A stretch of 40,368 nt of DNA from a virus. Its lineage: Duplodnaviria; Heunggongvirae; Uroviricota; Caudoviricetes. The notes under the pieces are model-generated. The model had not been told where the DNA came from, made no database searches, and was given only the letters and a program-made list of their open reading frames with translations. Shown piece after piece: positions 35,317 to 40,368 of this stretch. The translations under genes and the position numbers were made by a program. Each line of letters begins with the position of its first letter. The first letter of the stretch is position 1. The stretch spans positions 76,984 to 117,351 of the IMG/VR virus record IMGVR_UViG_3300013285_000009, one strand, 5' to 3'.

Positions 35317-35675
35317 ATTGTTACTTCTTTCCCAACTAGTGCTACCACAATGTCAATTTTACTTTTGGTGTCTGTCATCTTATCAAGAAGGTCTTTGATA
35401 GCAGGATATTCTTTGGACAGTCCTAAAATATATGCTTCCTCTTCCATCTTTTTCTGGGCCCAATCAAGAATGCTAATAGCATGTGCATCTAGATTAACAG
35501 ACATTACGCCGGTGCCGATGGATTGCCAGCTGTGCCCGTCATAGATTTTCATGTTACCACTGGAATCTGATGATAGTGAACCCTGCGCAGGGCACATGTT
35601 GGGGGGAACATTTGGCATGTAGCCTTTGCTGCCGGTCACCAACATGTACTTGCCACCGTAAGCAGAGTCGATCAT
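35313..35675 (-). CDS. hypothetical protein
   Basis: Operon packing; start uncertain. Confidence 0.65.
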   Translation of the reverse strand: MIDSAYGGKYMLVTGSKGYMPNVPPNMCPAQGSLSSDSSGNMKIYDGHSWQSIGTGVMSVNLDAHAISILDWAQKKMEEEAYILGLSKEYPAIKDLLDKMTDTKSKIDIVVALVGKEVTI

Positions 35676-36403
35676 TTTGCTTGAGCAGGAAGTAAGTAAC
35701 GATACACTGCTGTACCACTATCAACTGTGATTTCTGCTGCTCCTGCATCAGAGATTCGTACTGTCTTGTCACCAACCAAGTCCATGATACTCAGAAACTG
35801 CTTGACAGGCCACATCCAAGTGCGTGTCAGTGTACCAGTAACTTGTGGCTGAAATACAAAGTTACCTGAGTGAGTTGACGGGTCGCCGAAGAAAATCTTC
35901 AAGTCACCGTTCTCAACTTTAGTTGTGAAGTTTTGTTCTTCACTGTTGGCTTGCGCTTGTTTCTTCAAACGCATAATACCGGCGATAGTAGGTTCAAACT
36001 CTACGTTCCATGCTGCACCCTTGAAGGTAACGTTCTTGACTTTTTCTTCAATGATGGACTTGCTCATCAATCGATAGTCGTTAACGAAGTCACCTGTCTT
36101 GGTTTCAAAGTGAATGCTAGCAGGAATATCAACACCGTTGTTATTCACGCGCTTAACAGTAATGTTTGACGATGCATCATAGTCATCGAATCCAAGAATA
36201 GTTTTCAGCTTACCTAGATTAGGCATGCCGAAGATACCTTCGAAATCAGCAACCGGGTTGTTGAATGTGCCGCTGACAATAACAGTTTTGTCTTCTGCCA
36301 CAGCATTAATTTGCGTGTCAGTAGTAGTACCCGTAACTTTAATAAGTTCAATGCAGCCCAGACCGAATGTGTGAGCAATAACATCTTGTAAAATATCTTT
36401 CAT
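35672..36403 (-). CDS. putative DNA polymerase sliding clamp (T4 gp45-like)
   Basis: 243 aa, repeated beta-alpha-beta pattern, FGMPNLGKL, position beside the polymerase. Confidence 0.6.
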   Translation of the reverse strand: MKDILQDVIAHTFGLGCIELIKVTGTTTDTQINAVAEDKTVIVSGTFNNPVADFEGIFGMPNLGKLKTILGFDDYDASSNITVKRVNNNGVDIPASIHFETKTGDFVNDYRLMSKSIIEEKVKNVTFKGAAWNVEFEPTIAGIMRLKKQAQANSEEQNFTTKVENGDLKIFFGDPSTHSGNFVFQPQVTGTLTRTWMWPVKQFLSIMDLVGDKTVRISDAGAAEITVDSGTAVYRYLLPAQAK

Positions 36404-36453
36404 GTTTTTCCTTTGTGTTGTTTGTTAATACTATTTAGGTATCGTATGTGTAT

Positions 36454-36482
36454 ATTATATCGGAATATTTCGCGTAAGTCAA
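36454..36482 (-). promoter_or_regulatory. sigma70 promoter (TTGACT-N17-TATAAT) for the clamp-dpdA operon
   Basis: 17-bp spacer; CTAAATA also at 36432-36438. Confidence 0.8.
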
Positions 36483-36489
36483 CACGAGT

Positions 36490-39207
36490 TTATCCGAATG
36501 TGAATAGTGAGCCAAATGTCGAGTTAGTATTAGTACTGTGTTTTAATTCCCAATCTAATACGCCCAATAAGTTAGAAATCTTCTGATCTACTAACAAGTC
36601 TTCCATTAGATTGTCATCAAACGGCAAGTCTTGAAACCATTGCGGTAACCGCAATTCATCAACCGGGTACGCAATCGAAGTATATCCTAACGGATTTTGT
36701 TTCAACTTACATACGACAATCTTTGCTCCGTCCATGATCTTCATGGAATAATTATCACCGTGAACCCTGCGTAAGCAGTTCCAATTGATAGCAGCCCGAA
36801 CGTGTCCCGGCATATTTGCCTTGCCCGTCTTGCTTGTTTCTTCCTTCTCGCCGTATGAGGTAAGCTTATTCACTGACTTGGGACTACCCTTCTTCCAGCT
36901 ATCTTGTTTATCTAATTCAAGCTTGAAGTCTTTGATCACCTCAATTACTTCTTCCTTAGACTTGCCACCTAGTACCATAGTCAATACCTTCATCAAGAAT
37001 TCCTGAACATACTTGGGGGTATCGGCCCGTTTCAGATCAAGTCCCATTGCTTTAATATAACCGGTGCTACCGTTCTTGTCTAAGCGTTTACCTTCTTTGT
37101 CATAGATGTTTACTGCATATCTTTTCTTAGTAATGAACAAGCTACGATCTGCAACTAATTCTCTACCTGCTTTAATAATCTCTCCGTTCTTTCTAGGACA
37201 GTGAAATGCCTTTTCCATGAAGATAGGGAAACCCTCATTGATTTGATCAGCCATGGTGTCATACAACTGAACGGCAATTTCTTTATTCCATGTCATGGAT
37301 CCAGATTCCACTTCTTCTTTGATGACAGGCCATGCTGAGAAATAACACGAGTCAGTATCACCGTATACGATTGCTTTACCGGTGAAGTCGTATTCACCTG
37401 TAACAATCTCATTAAGGTGCGCACTCATATGCTTCACAATCTGTCGACCGGACAATGTCACTGATTGACCAATACGCTTATCATAGAATCGGCAATGCTC
37501 ATTCAACAATGCGCCGTAAGCCGAGTTAAGCAAAATCTTGCGAACCAACTGACGCTTATCCCAATACTCTTTATCAGCTTCGGTAATAGCGTCTTTCTTC
37601 TTTGCTTGCATGATCTGACGATCTGAGTACCATCGTGTCAATAGACCCGGGATGATACCTTGCTTTTCATATGTAAAGATTGTTCCATTAGCACTTAGCA
37701 TTAAAGCTTTGTGGCTATCGAATATAAGCTTCCATATTTCTGCTGCACTCATTTCAACTTCTCTGCCGTCTTCATAGTCAAGCGTGAGGATTGTTCCGCG
37801 TTCTTGATTCATAATAGCAGTATATTCTAAACTGCCAAATAACCCTTCCCACAGAATACTACCGGTCACGTCATCATCACCATCTTTGTGGCGTTTTTTC
37901 TCTCTCGCAAGTCTCATACCCTTTTCGAGCATGTACTGATCTGTTAGAGTTTGTCTGACTTGAGCAACAATGGTTTCTGGTGCCATGTTGAGGGCACGAA
38001 TAGCCGAGGGATAGAGCGAGTTAATGTCAACTGCACCGACCCACTCGTGGATTCCTTTTTTGGGCGTAGCAACATAGGCACCTGCCGCTTGCTGGGACTC
38101 ATCATCTTCATCACGTATAACCTTTCGTTTTTTATCAGGGACCACTAAACCGTGTTCATGGGCTTCATTCATGATTGCCATTTCAATCATGGCCACAGAG
38201 CCCATGACAGTTGGCAACAACACAGTGTTTTCATGTGCAAGTTGATTAGCCAGTTCTAAGAACTGCAACTTGTTGTGAATCTTAAATAATAATGCGGTAT
38301 CTTGACGATTGTATTCAATAAACTTTTTAAAGTCTTTGTTGTACAATTGATCTAACGTGCCTTCGTAAGCAGTCTTGTTCTCTCCTACTTCCATCTCACC
38401 GATAGCATCTAACTTATAGCTGTGACGGCTTTCGTAGTTATACTTCTTATAGAGTTGTAAATAATCGAGGTGGACTCTACCTACCAAGTCATAGGTTGTT
38501 TCCTCTTTACCAAAGCGTTCATATTTGCGAGGCTTAGGTAACTGACCCATCAAACAAAACTTACGGGTATCGTTCTTGCTCATGACCCTAGTAACACGAT
38601 TTACCATATATGGTATGTCGTATCCTTCTGAGTTCCAGCCGGTCAGCACATCTGCATCCTCAATGAGTTGAAAGAACACATCAAACATGTCCTTCTCATT
38701 AGTGAACAACAACGTGTTGTCAAACTCTGAGCAGATTTGAGCAGCCGTCTCCGGACTCATGTGCTTGGGGGCGATGACTAGTGTGATTAACTGCCCCAAC
38801 CAATCCAAGTACAACGATATAGCAGTGACAGGATTAAATGCTTCACTCGCAGGTGAGAATCCACGTTCTTGGTCAAAGTCAGTTTCAATGTCGAAAAAAC
38901 ATGTGTGTAGAACCGGGGCCTCTGCCTTCAGATAATGATCACTGAGGCAACGGAAAACGATATTTACATCACTCTCTGACAATTTCTTGCCTGAATGTAT
39001 CCGTCGTTCTTTTTCAAACTCAGTACGACTTCGAGTAGAGAATCTTGCAACTGGTTCTCCGCTAAGAGTTCTATGCTTACCCTTACGATCAGGATAATAA
39101 AGAACATAGTTAGCTGGATACTCTTTGTACTGACGCTGACCGTGGGTATCCCGCTCTACAACAACAATTTGTTCGCTCTCTTTGTTGTGAATAGCGTCAA
39201 CGTACAT
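36490..39207 (-). CDS. family B DNA polymerase (T4 gp43-like)
   Basis: Exo FFDIET, GWNSEGYD, YNRQD; pol DINSLYPS, KILLNSAYG, YGDTDS, KKRYA. Confidence 0.97.
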   Translation of the reverse strand: MYVDAIHNKESEQIVVVERDTHGQRQYKEYPANYVLYYPDRKGKHRTLSGEPVARFSTRSRTEFEKERRIHSGKKLSESDVNIVFRCLSDHYLKAEAPVLHTCFFDIETDFDQERGFSPASEAFNPVTAISLYLDWLGQLITLVIAPKHMSPETAAQICSEFDNTLLFTNEKDMFDVFFQLIEDADVLTGWNSEGYDIPYMVNRVTRVMSKNDTRKFCLMGQLPKPRKYERFGKEETTYDLVGRVHLDYLQLYKKYNYESRHSYKLDAIGEMEVGENKTAYEGTLDQLYNKDFKKFIEYNRQDTALLFKIHNKLQFLELANQLAHENTVLLPTVMGSVAMIEMAIMNEAHEHGLVVPDKKRKVIRDEDDESQQAAGAYVATPKKGIHEWVGAVDINSLYPSAIRALNMAPETIVAQVRQTLTDQYMLEKGMRLAREKKRHKDGDDDVTGSILWEGLFGSLEYTAIMNQERGTILTLDYEDGREVEMSAAEIWKLIFDSHKALMLSANGTIFTYEKQGIIPGLLTRWYSDRQIMQAKKKDAITEADKEYWDKRQLVRKILLNSAYGALLNEHCRFYDKRIGQSVTLSGRQIVKHMSAHLNEIVTGEYDFTGKAIVYGDTDSCYFSAWPVIKEEVESGSMTWNKEIAVQLYDTMADQINEGFPIFMEKAFHCPRKNGEIIKAGRELVADRSLFITKKRYAVNIYDKEGKRLDKNGSTGYIKAMGLDLKRADTPKYVQEFLMKVLTMVLGGKSKEEVIEVIKDFKLELDKQDSWKKGSPKSVNKLTSYGEKEETSKTGKANMPGHVRAAINWNCLRRVHGDNYSMKIMDGAKIVVCKLKQNPLGYTSIAYPVDELRLPQWFQDLPFDDNLMEDLLVDQKISNLLGVLDWELKHSTNTNSTFGSLFTFG

Positions 39208-39464
39208 TACAGAGTCTTGCCCACTGCTTCGAGAATCGTGTTCAATGTCTCGTGGTCTGCATTAGTAGCACCGAGTGAGGATTTATGTGCAATAGAGATT
39301 GCCTTCTTGAGGATACCCGGCTTTACGTCCATTTCCTCAGCGATTGCTTTGATGGTATCAGAAAGTCCCCCGCGCAAAGAATCAATCTCTGCCATGACTG
39401 TCATGCCTTCATTAACGATTTGAATCAACTTTGCTTTTTCAGCACCACTAAAAATCTTGTCCAT
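39207..39464 (-). CDS. T4 DsbA/GapR-like dsDNA-binding protein
   Basis: EIDSLRGGLSDTIKAIAEEMDVKPGILKKAISIAHK. Confidence 0.65.
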   Translation of the reverse strand: MDKIFSGAEKAKLIQIVNEGMTVMAEIDSLRGGLSDTIKAIAEEMDVKPGILKKAISIAHKSSLGATNADHETLNTILEAVGKTL

Positions 39465-39485
39465 GAATATTCCTTTAAAAATCTA

Positions 39486-39514
39486 ATTATACTTGACTAA
39501 TACGCACTTGTCAA
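39486..39514 (-). promoter_or_regulatory. sigma70 promoter (TTGACA-N17-TATAAT) for the dsbA-like/polymerase operon
   Basis: Perfect hexamers; the -35 overlaps the tilS TGA. Confidence 0.85.
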
Positions 39515-40107
39515 GATGTCTGTTGCCGTTCTACAATCTTCTTTACCATTGTGTGAAGGCCCGGGTTAACCACAAGTGCGTGTGGCAGTAAATATTCGCG
39601 TACATAATTACGCATGTATTCAGTATCGAAGTTGCTGAGGTCCTGGCACCAATCAATATTTTTACGTTGACACCAATCAATAAATTCTGATTTACGAGTG
39701 GTCAAGAAAGGTCTGATTACATTATTTCGATGCGCGGGAATGACTTTGGGTGTGCCGTGCATACATGACATAAGGTATGTCTCTACGCAATCATCAAGAT
39801 GGTGACCGGTCACTACCATGCCAAACTGATCTAAGAACTTGTAACGTTCATTACGCCAATGTTCTTCTTCACTTAGCTTTTTGGGTTTGGATTCACCAAG
39901 ATAACCAACAGTCAGTGATAGGTTACGTTCTGCGCAAAATTCTGTTACAAAGTCGAAGGCTCGCTCACTATTATCGGTCGCATGATGGAAGAAAGCACAA
40001 GAAATGTCATGCTTTCGGGAAAGAAAATCAGTAATTGCGACTGAATCCACACCACCGGAGAGGGCAATTGTTAATTGTTTGGGTAGAGGGACTAGTAGTT
40101 TCAGCAT
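39511..40107 (-). CDS. tilS: tRNA(Ile)-lysidine synthetase-like, PP-loop domain only
   Basis: ALSGGVDS, TGHHLDDCVET, IRPFL, DLSN...RNYVR. Confidence 0.85.
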   Translation of the reverse strand: MLKLLVPLPKQLTIALSGGVDSVAITDFLSRKHDISCAFFHHATDNSERAFDFVTEFCAERNLSLTVGYLGESKPKKLSEEEHWRNERYKFLDQFGMVVTGHHLDDCVETYLMSCMHGTPKVIPAHRNNVIRPFLTTRKSEFIDWCQRKNIDWCQDLSNFDTEYMRNYVREYLLPHALVVNPGLHTMVKKIVERQQTS

Positions 40108-40151
40108 CTATGCATTGTAGCATAGATTTAGGAAAAATGCAATCGGTTTGG

Positions 40152-40368
40152 TTAAGTTTCTTCGGGTTCGTCTAAGTCGGCTAAGTCAATATAATTGATC
40201 GGAACGCCCTTAATTGCTGCCGCCAAAGCACGGTGGTTACCGTCGATAATTCTATCACCTGAAAGAACAATAACTTTGCTTGATAGTGCAGGATCATCTA
40301 CGTATGACTGTACTAATTCTTTTCTGTCATCATCTAACATATCCACTACCTCATCAATGTGTTCTGCA
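40152..40368 (-). CDS. ParB/Srx-like domain protein (3' fragment; start lies beyond window end)
   Basis: IIDGNHRALAA; frame open to the window edge. Confidence 0.65.
   Translation of the reverse strand, partial: AEHIDEVVDMLDDDRKELVQSYVDDPALSSKVIVLSGDRIIDGNHRALAAAIKGVPINYIDLADLDEPEET

Noticed and set aside
36490-39207. Intein or intron in the DNA polymerase
   Set aside because: 905 aa with contiguous motifs; no intein splice motifs or frame break seen
39511-40107. PP-loop protein as the missing QueC
   Set aside because: Its motifs (GHHLDD..ET, RPFL, D.SN...RN.VR) are TilS-type, and the QueC C-terminal Cys/Zn motif is absent
1-40368. tRNA or rRNA genes
   Set aside because: Intergenic gaps are short and no cloverleaf or T-loop consensus was found outside coding sequence by eye; tRNAscan would be the formal check

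Overview
Gene-dense fragment of a large lytic T4-like/jumbo dsDNA phage genome, with nearly all genes on the minus strand. No tRNA, rRNA, CRISPR array or IS element was seen. Left part: RNase H/5'-3' exonuclease (partial), SF2 helicase-HNH fusion, proteostasis genes (clpP, clpS, Hsp20, SprT-like), two lipoproteins, DNA ligase and an array of small early genes, most behind their own near-identical sigma70 promoter. Centre and right: a ~16 kb modification island carrying folE, queD, queE, a QueD-paralogue with an LxxxHRHxF motif (DpdL-like) and a TGT-fold DpdA-like transglycosylase, with no queC in the window. Interspersed are two GT-B glycosyltransferases, galE, two cytidylyltransferases, a sulfotransferase, an amidinotransferase, an ATE/Bpt-like aminoacyl transferase and an R67/DfrB-type DHFR. 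The island runs directly into the putative sliding clamp, family B DNA polymerase, a DsbA-like protein and a minimal TilS. The best leads are a possibly new 7-deazaguanine DNA (hyper)modification pathway, a phage-encoded N-degron pathway (Bpt-like + ClpS + ClpP) and a phage dfrB homologue. All family assignments come from motif recognition by eye, not database searches.
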